DNA of 64,000 nt from Phoronis australis. Taxonomy: Eukaryota > Animalia > Phoronida. The notes under the pieces were generated by a model. That model saw only the letters and a list, made by a program, of their open reading frames with translations, did no database searches and had not been told where the DNA came from. Location of the stretch: the NCBI GenBank assembly GCA_002633005.1, contig NMRA01000034.1, positions 204,136 to 268,135 on the forward strand. Reading direction: 5' to 3'. Numbering within the stretch: the first letter of the stretch is position 1; each line of letters opens with the position of its first letter. The translations under genes were made by a program, and so were the position numbers. This document shows positions 1 to 11,232 of the stretch, piece by piece.

Positions 1-501
1 CAGCACGTGAGCAGACCCGACGTGACCCCTGTGTTCTGAAGAACATCTGACACCACTGCGATGAACAGCACAGGAACATTACTGTTTCGATTTTGACAAA
101 TATGGAATTTCAGGAACACGAAACATCGTTAAGACATTTTTCATGATTCTTTTGAATATAGGAAGCCGTGATGTGTTATGATGTTGTATAGTTAGTTACA
201 ATATTTGGAAAATTGATGTAAAAACACACAAGTTTGGCAGATGATTTGTCCTTTTACGTTGTCCCAACCCTACTGAAGAGTAAATTTAGATAGTTTCTGT
301 CACAAACACTTGGAAAATGCCGATTGTCAAGATTTCGGGCAAAATTAATGATATTCTTACAAGCGCTTTAATGAAACTTGTATCTCTTTACAAAAAAGAA
401 ACATAAACACTTTTGAATACAAGCACCACGTTCTACTGTTTATTGCATTCGAAGTTTGTACAATTGCACTTGTCGCACTGGCAACTTGTATCACCCGTGG
501 C

Positions 502-3500
502 TTATGTCCCCCAACACGACCGGGAACCAGGTGGACTCTCCGGATCTGTTTTGAAATTAGACGCATTTGTGGCAGTGTTCGACATTCTGTAGCGTAACTT
601 GCCATCCGACATCCTGGGTCTACTAAGTACCGGAGTTATTCCGTCACAAAACCGGACAGACGCAGCAGTTGCCGGGCGCGGCGACTTTGCCACGGAAGTA
701 TCCGCTAAACTGCTTGGCATACTGGTTGGCCGCGATGAAGCCGATACAACGACATTCACTCCATCCGCACTGCGCACCGCGGGGGCACTCTTTACCCGCG
801 ACTTTATAGTTTGTACTTCGTGGGGTTCAGAGATGACCTGTGAGCCAAAAGTCAACTTTGACCCCGTGACTATTTCTACAGCTTTCTGTGCTATTTTTGC
901 AGGATTGTACGTTGAATCCTCTTTCATGTATGTTGGAAACGGACTGACGTTAGATTTTACAATATCGCGCAAGTCCTCGTTCTCATCTTTAACATTGTTC
1001 AGTTCCCTTTTTATTTTCACAAACTTTTTAAACGTTTTGTCGGCATTGATTCGTCTCCGAAGAGCCATAAGCTCCACTGTCAAGTCGTGTACTTCTTGTT
1101 CCAACTGTTGACGCTGCCGTTCACTGGTAGTTAGCTGTAACTGAAGCTCAGATATCAGCAAATTTAGCTGTCGTATCGTTATAAGATATTCTTCATTTTT
1201 CTTTATCGCCTCGTCCTTATCCTTCGCAAGTTGCAAGACCTGTAAAAAATAACAGGTGGTAAAAATGAGTCACAATTATGGAAATTGAACGCTAAATACA
1301 ACCGGGTACAGAAGTCTCAATGATGTAATTATCTTGATACAATAGAGGGCAATTTTAAAGCCAAGGGTTTATTCCCTGAAGGCTAATTACTGAAAAGTTT
1401 AGCGAAATATTGCAATACAGGGATAAATTTAGGAGCGCGCCTCGCGCTCATTGGCACAAAAATAATTCCACTGGAGCAAAATGATTGCTTAACTCGGGCC
1501 GACGTGCCCAATGAAATTGGAAGCGAAAAAAGACAAAAGAAACACATCTTTTAGAATGATCTCTACAAATACTACGCCAGTGCCACGCAAGGTAATGCAC
1601 GCTTTTGGCGAGTTGCCCAAGACTATCTAAATGATAGTCAGTGGGATGTAATATATTGAAGACCGTCTTCGCTTTAATTCCTAAACACCGTCCGGTTATC
1701 ATTATTTTCGTCGCCCAAACCAAATATTTTCTGTCGCGAATTACTCTAGCCACGTTTTCTTTGAATGAATAGCTTCTATACTTTGTTCATTTGTGACATT
1801 TCTATCGGAAGGAAGATAGGATGCCTGACCAGAAGCCAAGCGGCTAAAATGAGCGTTCACAAAGACTTCCTGCAAGTCGTTTCACGGGTAACTAGCACAA
1901 CATTAACGTGCAACACATACTAATTTCAAGACAACCCCGTGTGATCGGAGTCTAACCCCAACATACGTCACTGGAATATGGCCACAGCAAGAAGACAGGT
2001 CTGTCGTATCATTTGGGAACAGAAAAACAAAGCAGAGCAGACGTATGGCGAACGCTCAAATGTGATTGTTCAGACACTAGATGTCTGATCTGCCTAACAG
2101 TGGCCGGCAGTTGTCGTACGCCATCCCTCCGAACTGATGACAAGCTTTCTTGAATAAAAGTCACCGAACAAAGCCTGGATTATTTGCATATATCAATATC
2201 TTGAAGTGGTTGGTTTTAAGTCATACTAATGTGAACATATCGTCAAAGCTGTCGTTACCGTTTCTGCTATTAAACCATTAACAAATAATAGAATGAAGTG
2301 TATTTAAGTCTAATGGCTACTTAAACAAACTCACACCTCTTTCCTTATTATATCGTTCTTGTAGAACCTGCAAGTCGTACACAGACGTATAAATGTAAGT
2401 CATCTTAGTAAACATTTTGAGATGCAAGAGTGAAGAGATATCAAATGGTTTTCTAAAATGTCCCAGTTGATGCAAGCGCTGAGAAACAACGCTAATGATC
2501 ATTCTCATGCAACCTTCGCCTGCTTCACAGAACGACCAGTTCTCATTCAACTACTGAATACTTTATTCAAATAGAAACAATTTCACGAGACATAGAAATA
2601 GATAAGTTTTTTTAATTGTAACCAGCCTTGCTGCACCAACTATCGTAAAATCTCACCAATTTAGGATACAATTTGGTTGGCAAGTGAAATTTTATTTCTT
2701 CACTTTTTCATGCATGAGAAGTAGTATCAATCAAAGTTGTATACCATACCCACCACCAGACAATGTTTTGAGAAACATTCACGTGTACAACGAAGAAAAA
2801 AGTTCAATTTTGACAATTGTTTTGGCTTGTCAAAAATTGGTGAAATTTTTTTGAAGTCCTCGGTGTCTGCACCGGAGCTGCACAACTGGTTGGGTTTTTA
2901 TTCTATGCATTACGAATCAGCTGAGATACTTCTACCAAGGAGTGTAGTAGTATAGGAGAGTTCCTTAGCTGGCTCCTTGGGGGGGAATTCCCCTCTGAAC
3001 CCCCAGGGGCAATCATTCAAATAATGTAGCTCATGGAGGTATGAAGTGTTATAAGGAACGATAATTGCCCTGTTAAGAACTCAAACATGAAACAAAACCA
3101 TGATGAATTTTGAAGGGAGCTTCAAGAGAATAAAAACAAATACACTTTAATATTGATTAAGATACACATTTTCTTTCTCATTCTATTGTAAGTGGATGTT
3201 AGTTTATGTATTCAAACCATTTTCAATCACACAGTAATTTTATTGCACGTTGAATGTCATTAAAGTATGAATTTATGAGCGTTTACATTGTTCGGACTGC
3301 GCGCCAAACTAAGTGTTGATTATTCACCGCTTGGAGCGCTAGTGTTTCGACCAGTAACCATTGCGGCGAATGGTAAAATGGCGGAGTGAACTCTCCTATA
3401 CCAGTGGCGGATCTAGGATATCACAAGGGGGGGCCCAACATTTTGTCCGGCTGTAGGCATTTGCGCAAACTGAACCATGATTGTAGATGCGCATAGCACC

Positions 3501-6500
3501 GAATGGNTGCAAGTCGTATAAATGTAAGTCATCTTAGTAAACATTTTGAGATGCAAGAGTGAAGAGATATCAAATGGTTTTCTAAAATGTCCCAGTTGAT
3601 GCAAGCGCTGAGAAACAACGAATGGATTTGTTCAAACTCTGCGCTAATGATCATTTTCATGCAACCTTCGCCTGCTTCACAGAACGACCAGTTCTCATTC
3701 AACGACTGAATACTTTATTCAAATAGAAACAATTTCACGAGACATAGAAATAGATAAGTTTTTTAATTGTAACCAGCCTTGCTGCACCAACTATCGTAAA
3801 ATCTCACCAATTTAGGATAAAATTTGGTTGACAAGTGAAATTTTATTTCTTCACTTTTTCATGCAAGAGAAGTAGTACCAACCACACTTGTATACCATGC
3901 CCACCATCAGACAATGTTTTGAGAAACAGTGGTCATTCACGTGTACAACGAAGAAAAAAGGTCAATTTTGACAATTGTTTTGGCTTGTCTAAAATTGGTG
4001 AGATTTTTTTGAAGTCCTCGGTGTCTGCACCGGAGCTGCACAACTGGTTGGGTTTTTATTCTATGCATTACGAGTCAGCTGAGACATTTCTACCATCTGC
4101 AAACCAGACTCTGGAATTCCAAAAGTTCAGTCCCAGAAAAATCATAACCAGATACTCATATTTCATCTTGTGGACATTTTTGGGACACCCTTCACTATCA
4201 TTTGCTGAATATAGTTGCTCTACGACTTTATATAATGAACATGAGACACCTGGCTACACACATATAAATGAAACTCTATTCAAATATCAGACCCAAAATT
4301 GTGATAATGACCAACAGTGTGAACTTTAAAGATTCAGTTGCGTACGGTTCTAGCATATCCAAGGAACCACGAACTTCGAGCACAATTATCCGACCTTCCA
4401 ACAAGAATCACTGACACACAATGCCGGGAATCACGAGTCACTAACCCAAGAAACAGGAGTCATGGACAAGATAAAAGCGTTACGGACAAAAGACACGGGT
4501 CACGGGTTATGCAAATGGTGCCTTGTTTTGCTTTACTTGGTCACCATCCAGGTTTGCTGTTCCTATCATCTGATAAAGCATTAAACTGTCTATAAACAAA
4601 ACAACTTAGACTTAATCAGTTGAAATAGGCTTTTCAGTTGCTAAAGCTATTTTATTTGATAAATGGAACCATGCAGGCACAGTGACGACAAAAGATGCAT
4701 AAAATTTGCTCTTAACACGCGAAGAAAGGCATTATATTTTGACCTCTAGGTATTCGGCAATACCTATTTCTGAGGGGCTTCGATTGCACAATCAAAGAAA
4801 ACTCAGTTTTGAAATAGAAAAATGAAAAGTTAAGGGTTGCTCCCAGCCCCGTGACTCATGTTTTGGGTCCGTAATTCGCGTTATAAGGCAAAGAAATGTG
4901 ACAGTATTCCAGGTACATGACTTGTCTTCAAATATCAGTGGAACTTTCCCATACTTCGTCACTCTGCTTTCTGGGGCTTGAAGTTGATAATTAAGGGAAA
5001 CAGCGGAAAGAAGAGAAGCCGAACATCGTGACTGTGAGCCTACCTGTTGACGTAGCTCCTCAATCATGTCATCTTTTGTTGTGTCATTTTTCAGATCAGT
5101 CAGCTCTCGTTTTACGCTGTCAAGGTCAGCTTTTAACTTAGCATTCTTCTCTCTCAGCTCTGCGATATCAATCAGTAAATTGGCCTTTTCTTTTTTCAGC
5201 TTTTCAATTTCCGTAACCTTTGCGATGTTAGAATCATTCAATCGTTTGATTTCTAGTTTGAGTGTCACAGTTTCCTCAATGACTGAATCCAGTCGCAATT
5301 GAAGCATCTGCAATGATCAGAATACAGTTAGTTTTAGTCAGGAATTCATTTTTACGCCGCCAGAATTTACTGAGCTTAATTCAGCATCTTTCTAATCCAT
5401 TTCCGAAAAAAAAAACAATAAGGCCTATGAGTCACAGTACCGAATTTTAATTCGGTACTGTGACCTTAAAAGGTCTTTATAAAACGTTCAAAGCCCTAGT
5501 TACTATGATTCTCACCTTTCACCACAATTTTCGAAATGCCCACCCACGGTCACCGCAACTCTAGAGGTGGTGGCGAGACGGGGACCCAATTTCAGTTCCC
5601 CTGTTCTCAGAAATTTTCTGGCTGACCCCTCCTCGGTCTTTTGTTGGCCGGGGCCCATGTGACGTGCAATCGCGCGAGCCTTAAGGGGTAGGATTATACC
5701 CGGCGGCACGACATAGCCCCTATGAAGACGAGATGGAGACCCTATTTTGCGCGAGACATTAAATTACAGCTTATTTGGCTTGATGGGTAACCCAGCACTA
5801 ATGAGCGGCGTTACTCAACTAGACAAAACTGCACGGTTAGCAGAAAGTCGCGGGACAGAGATCCTTTCATACTCACGTGATGTGACCAATATATGCTGTG
5901 TAAGAAGACTAGTAATTCTTATTCATGCCATATCAACACGCTGATTTATAACAGCACAAATATAAAACAAGACTTATTTCAAAGCTTTTCATGCCCAGGA
6001 GTGCAAAATGACGTCTACCCATACAGAGCATTTGGTGCAATGGTAAGTAAAACCGTTCCAAGCAAGGTGAACAGAAGGTTCAGTGTTGCTCATCCTCGTC
6101 AGCTTCTCACCATGCAACATCAGATCGGCTCCAACTATTGCTGTGTTTCACTTTACCGACCCAGCCCTATCTCGCGCTTTCCAGACTTAGTCCTACCTCG
6201 CACTTTCACGACTGAGCCCTACCTCGCACTTTACTGACTCAGCCTTACCTCGCACTTTCACGACTGAGCCGTACCTCGCACTTAACTGACTCAGCCCTAC
6301 CTCGCACTTTCACGACTGAGCCCTACCTCGCACTTTACCGACTCAGCCCTACCTCGCACTTTCCCTCGTTTCGTCTGTATATTTCGACTTGCTGTTGCAA
6401 CTTTTCATTCACATTTCGAAGTCGCTGGATTTCTTGTTCCAACTGCAAACAAAATCGACATTTCAGTTGAAATAACTGACTTCTGCGGTAAAGAAAAAAA

Positions 6501-9500
6501 ATACGTCCCAACTTATGACCTTTTTTGATGATACGTGAAACCGTCGGCGCATATTTGGAAGCTACTCATTGGCCGAAGCCCTGATATGGGCACACGGTGT
6601 TATGACGCTTTCAAGTGTACAAGCTGAGGTGTGTTCTGTAGACTTTAAACTCACAAAAACGCAAGATCCCATTTCATTACAAGCGCACGTGATCATAACG
6701 AATGGGTTTTCTCGCGAGTCTCTGAGATGTACTGAACGCAACCCTGGGGCCCGTTCCAAGAAAATAACTTAAGTTCATTTTACTTCAGTCTCAGGTTTGT
6801 CTCAACTTCCCAAATTTGAAACTTCCACATTCGGTAAGTTTGTCGAACTTAAGACAAAAACTTAAGTCAAAATTAAGTTCACTTTCTTGGAACGGACGAC
6901 TTATGACAAATTGAAGCTTTATCTTAAAATTGGCTTAAATTTAAGATTTGTCTTAGCTAATTCAGTTTTCTTGGAACGAGTCCCTGGTGTTTAGCTAGGT
7001 ACATAGAGGGACACCAAGCCCAAAGAAGTACACAGAAGACGAAAAGGTACGCATCGCTCCCTATAGTTTGAAAAGACGTTTTCCTATATATCTCTTCTCT
7101 GGGCAGCGTACGGACCCTAGATCAAACTCTTGTCACTGGTGTAGCCATGGGGGTCACAAGTGGGACATACCCGATGTTCGTTCCCAGAAACTCTCCTCCA
7201 GACCAAACGCCACTTCGATCGCCAACAATTTTGCACTTGTTCCCCGTTCATTACGTACAAGTACCCCGCAGCCGTCACTTCCGTCATCAAGAGTTTCGTG
7301 TTACCCCCCGCTCCATTTTCCTTGTTACGCCAGTGACCCTTGTCTCAAATCAATGACGATAACAGTAATCGAAGTAAATCCACATGCACATACCAGCAAT
7401 AGATCTTTTTTCCACCTCACTTCCGCCTCTTCTTTCTCTGCGATCTGTTTTAGCAACTGAAGAAGAATAGATGAAACACTATGTTGAACGGAACTGTATA
7501 GTAGTTCTTTGAGGTAACTTTGTCAGTGCACAGCATTTCTTTAGAAGAAAACTTTTGACATATTCGAAGTTCCCACTACATTCACTCCCTCACGCGGACT
7601 ATACCTTCGTTTTCAAGACTTGAATTTCTCCAATAACTTTCTTATTGTACATCCATAAAACTATATATTTTTAAAATCCACTATGATCACAAATTCTTGT
7701 TATGTGCACGAAAGCAGTGACTGTCCGCATGTTCGTAATCACAATTGTTTTTTTTCAAAAGCAGAGGTGTTTCACTGAGGCTGTCGCATTTTCCACAAAA
7801 CGAACACAAACACTTGCAAATTATGTTTGTTTATTATGTTAGCTACAAAGGAACACTTGGTTTTTATAATGCCTTTTAGCCCGCAAACAGCTCAGCTGTC
7901 AAAACTCAGGACCGTAGTCTGCAAGCTAAGAAGCGATTCGAACCGGAGTCTCAGAAATGAGTCTGTTGTACAAACCACTGCACTGCCCTCCATTTCTGTA
8001 ACTGAAAAATGACCGTGTAGCACAATGTGCTTGATTCAGTCAAAATCTATGTCAAATACAAGCATAATATCAATAACTGATAGCGCACAAACTCAAATTA
8101 TCAATTATACCATTAAACGAATCTGGAATACTCAAGACAACGAGCAAAATGGAACCAAGCAGTAGTTGCTGAATTCGTAAAATGAGCTGTCATTAATTAC
8201 TGTCATATAAAATTCATCCGCAAAATCTACAAAATCCCAGAATGAGTATAATGTATAACATGCACAACACATGAGTTTTTGTGCGCCTAACACATACATA
8301 ACACGTACTGATTTTTCGTAAACCGAGTTACAGAAATGAAATTAAGTTCGAAAATGTGCATATATGTACAACTTGTCTTCAGTTGAACGTGACCAACGAT
8401 GGCTACTCAATGTTTTCGTCGAAAATTACATGACGTGGTTATCGCATTGTAGAAATGGCGAAACGCTTTTGATTGCACAAACTGCGAATTTCAGAAAACG
8501 GGAGAATACATTTGACACACACATTATTGAAAAGAAACTTTTTTAGACAACCGAGTTTGTCAAGACCATTTGCCAAAAATGCTCACATGTTCCGATAAAT
8601 CAGTTATAAAACCAGGTTTAGTTAAAAACATGCTTTCATTTGAGACACATACCGTTATAAAATAGATTTTTGGTCTGGGAAAAACTGAGATTTACAAACG
8701 GTTGTTCGAGATCAGGTTCACTAAGTTGGTTTGTCATGATGGGTTATTCATTTTATGCACTGAATGTGATCTCAAGCTATACCCAGCTATCACTTCTTCC
8801 CGAGTCAGAAATCCTTCCTCGTCGGAGTTACATGCAGAAACAAGGTGATGTCTAGCTATTTTATAACGGCAAGTTGTCGAAATCCGCAGCCGTTGAAAAC
8901 GTAACCCGGAGGCCGCATTGGATATTATCTCCGAGACACGAGGTTTGGGCGAAACGAACGCCAGTCTGAAACACGTAAAGATGTTAAAGTAAAAAGACGA
9001 GGGTTACTTCTACATGAGGCTATCTACATCCAAGCCCTGAAACCCTCTCTCAAAAAGCTAGGTGGTGCCATATTCAATTTGTCGTCTGCGTGGATGGAAT
9101 GAGACACAATGCCATCAAACAAACGGAGCGCCACCTGGCGAACCGGAGTTTGAAATCAAACTTGAAATTATTATGTAATTTTCCGCCATACTTTCGAGGG
9201 AACTCAAGACAAGTTCTATTATTTTGTGTTCGAGTACATAATGGCTTACGCGTATGAGTTTCTAGTCCAAGTTCGCACTTGACGATCCATAGATTCGAGC
9301 TACAAACTAAAGTAAAAGCTCAATATTTTGAGTTCAGACTCGGTCGTGTTAGCCTTTATACCGAGGTCTTCAAGCGGCAACTAGAATAAGACAGTTATCC
9401 ACTTAAGTCATTAGTTACTCGAGTACAGAATAATGGACACTAATCTGGAGCTCGCACAAAAGTACAAAAGAAAATTTCAAAAATGATTCTGAGTTTGATT

Positions 9501-10110
9501 TCGAGTAAAAAGATTAGACCCCAGTCCCAGGTCAACCAGAGAACCTTCAGTACGGAGAGACAAAGCAGTGGCGAGAGCAGAGAGCGAGAGAAAATTGCAA
9601 AAGCAAATTTCTGAATGATACTGACGTCCATACCAGTTGAGAAAACGGGGCACCAATATTTATCTGGTAATCAATCGGAATTTACGTGACCTGGAATAAT
9701 ACCCGTACAAGATAGAAGTGGAAGTAAAGACAGACGGGCGTGCTTATTTCTCGCGAAAAGAGGGGTTACCCTGATACCTCGACAAAGAAAGAGAACACTC
9801 AATTAATTCACACATTTAATCAGAGAAATTTCTACGTGAAGCTGTACCGGTGCAACCCATTTATCTACATGTAGGTGTGTGAAGCTAATCAGAGCACTAC
9901 TTGTAGAACAAATTAGAAGCACTGCAACAAACCAAGCAAGAAATTCTATTTAGTGACTATAAAGAATCAATATAAAAAGAGGGTGCGAAAAAAGCATAGA
10001 GTTGAAATACACCCGCATGCGCGGTGTAAAGCGTGTCAATGTAACCCGTCTGTCCTTACCGCAAACTTTTCCAGCTCCCACAATTTTTCCTTTGCTTTTG
10101 TAGCTTCCAT
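502..10110 (-). CDS. Coiled-coil protein of unknown family, ~392 aa, with a Ser/Pro-rich disordered C-terminus; inferred coding exons 10060-10110, 7421-7456, 6353-6442, 5044-5307, 502-1239
   Basis: Exons are bounded by AG/GT and join in phase 0: MEATKAKEKLWELEKFA|LLKQIAEKEEAE|LEQEIQRLRNVNEKLQQQVEIYRRNEGKCE|MLQLRLDS...ELRQQ|VLQLAKDKDEA...SCWGT*. The sequence is heptad-like and E/K/L/Q-rich. Minus-strand AATAAA at 439-444. The last three exons are solid; the two 5' exons and the start codon are less certain. A possible upstream exon ends at the CAG|GTAAG donor at 12114. Confidence 0.75.
2369..4095. repeat. ~570-bp near-identical direct duplication (2369-2937 and 3508-4095); probably two haplotypes joined at a contig junction
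   Basis: The copies align with a few SNPs and indels, and copy 2 starts immediately after the single 'n' at 3507. Confidence 0.85.
2950..3401. mobile_element. MITE (non-autonomous DNA transposon), ~450 bp
   Basis: Perfect inverted termini GTATAGGAGAGTTC (2950-2963) and GAACTCTCCTATAC (3388-3401), compatible with a TA target site. It is followed by the start of another element (CAGTGGCGGATCTAGG, 3402). Confidence 0.7.
5431..5464. repeat. Perfect 34-bp palindrome (16-bp arms)
   Basis: GTCACAGTACCGAATT-TT-AATTCGGTACTGTGAC. Confidence 0.9.
6155..6362. repeat. Minisatellite, 8 x 26 bp with a 52-bp higher-order alternation, overlapping an exon-intron junction
   Basis: Units start at 6155, 6181, 6207, 6233, 6259, 6285, 6311 and 6337. 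Consensus is (ACYGACTCAG or CACGACTGAG) + CCCTACCTCGCACTTT. Confidence 0.95.
6747..6983. mobile_element. PIF/Harbinger-like MITE
   Basis: TIRs GGGCCCGTTCCAAGAAAA / TTTTCTTGGAACGAGTCC, with a 3-bp CTG direct repeat on both sides (6744-6746 and 6984-6986). Related ends occur at ~36170 and 38491-39120. Confidence 0.75.
8880..9095 (+). mobile_element. Degraded Penelope-like element (C-terminal part of the GIY-YIG endonuclease)
   Basis: 9016-9093 translates as EAIYIQALKPSLKKLGGAIFNLSSAW, and KSAAVEN lies upstream. These resemble the Penelope 'KSAVAEH...EAIxI...PxLNRDxG' pattern. Confidence 0.6.
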
Positions 10111-10879
10111 ATCTGCTAATAACTTAAAAAACATGGATTTGCGAGTTACGTCAAATCTAAAACAACCCGATACATACTCCCTCTCGTGGCCCTTTGATAA
10201 GTGAAGATGGAGTAACGTGTACATCTAACCAGTTGGTTGACATCCACGTAAGATGGGATTTGTAGAAATGTGCCGAAAATAGAACCATATAGATTATTCT
10301 TGCATTTGGCTTTTCACTTGAATTTCAAAGGTCCTGGCGACTGGTTAAAAGCGTCGGCAATTAGTCCACGACGAAATATTTCACTGACAAGGAGAGATCC
10401 AAAAGATCTTGGTGAACATAAACTACCGTGAAAAGATTTACCCTAACGAAATGTGTCTTGACAACAGCAAGTAGACAGTCAATTTGTTCAGGCAAAAGAT
10501 TGAACCAAATCAGAGTTCTTGCTGAATCGATCAAAAATTCAAACATGATGAAAACTGCGCGTCTTCTATTCTTCCTTTCTGCTAATTCAGATTAATCCAT
10601 GGTGACCAAGTAGGTGTCATTTTTACAGCAAAAATAAGTAGAATAATGCAAGACTATTTAAATCACTTGTCATGTGGAGCAGGCAAAATTCAGACTTTGC
10701 TTACATGGTTGAAAGACACAGAGCTTTTCAAACATGGTGCAGCACACGTAGCCAGAACAATTCTGGGTAGTGGCAATATCGATGGAAAGAACATTACTGC
10801 ACAACCTGAAAGTATACGCACCTATCCTAACCCTTTCAACCGCTGTGTCGCATAGTTACCACAATACACAAATCAAAGA

Positions 10880-11232
10880 CCCAACATTTTTTACCTCATC
10901 ACAATTGAATGCAAGCATTTTTAAGTTTATTTGGAATAACAAAGTTGAGAGCGTGAAGAGAGATGTGTTAATCAAAACTTATGAGGAAGGGGGAGTTAAA
11001 ATGTTAAATATTATTCTTTTTAACAAGGCTATAAAAATTTCATGGATAAAGAGATTACTTAATTCTGAATCAAAATGGGTGAAATTGTTTGAACTTGAAA
11101 CAGGGATTGCAAAGTCAAATATTATAAATTTTGGAAATGTTTTTATTAAATACCATACTGATGTAATCAATCCTTTTTGGAACGAAGTTCTAAGTAACTG
11201 GTCTTTTTTCATTAGTAAACAGCCCCATAAAG
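10880..11232 (+). mobile_element. L1/Tx1-clade LINE ORF2 fragment (post-RT region), cut by the assembly gap at 11233
   Basis: FKFIWNNK...KRDVLIKTYEEGGVKMLNI...KISWIKRLL...PFWNEVLSNW matches the typical 'FIW..K....R..L......GG' and 'K.SWIKRL' motifs. Confidence 0.75.

Noticed and set aside
599-1111. 170-aa plus-strand ORF (also 5066-5302)
   Set aside because: These are antisense shadows of real coiled-coil exons and have no independent coding signal.
5512-5709. GC-rich minus-strand ORF with an AAG|GTGAG donor at 5516
   Set aside because: There is an in-frame stop before the donor in the phase needed to join exon 5307. It could only be a non-coding alternative first exon, for which there is no support.
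6155-6362. CRISPR-like appearance of the 26-bp and 41-bp arrays
   Set aside because: There are no unique spacers and no cas genes, and the context is a eukaryotic intron.
7605-7660. Possible extra exon (LWMYNKKVIGEIQVLKTK) of the coiled-coil gene
   Set aside because: It has a weak acceptor and needs a phase-1 upstream partner that I could not find, so it was left out of the model.
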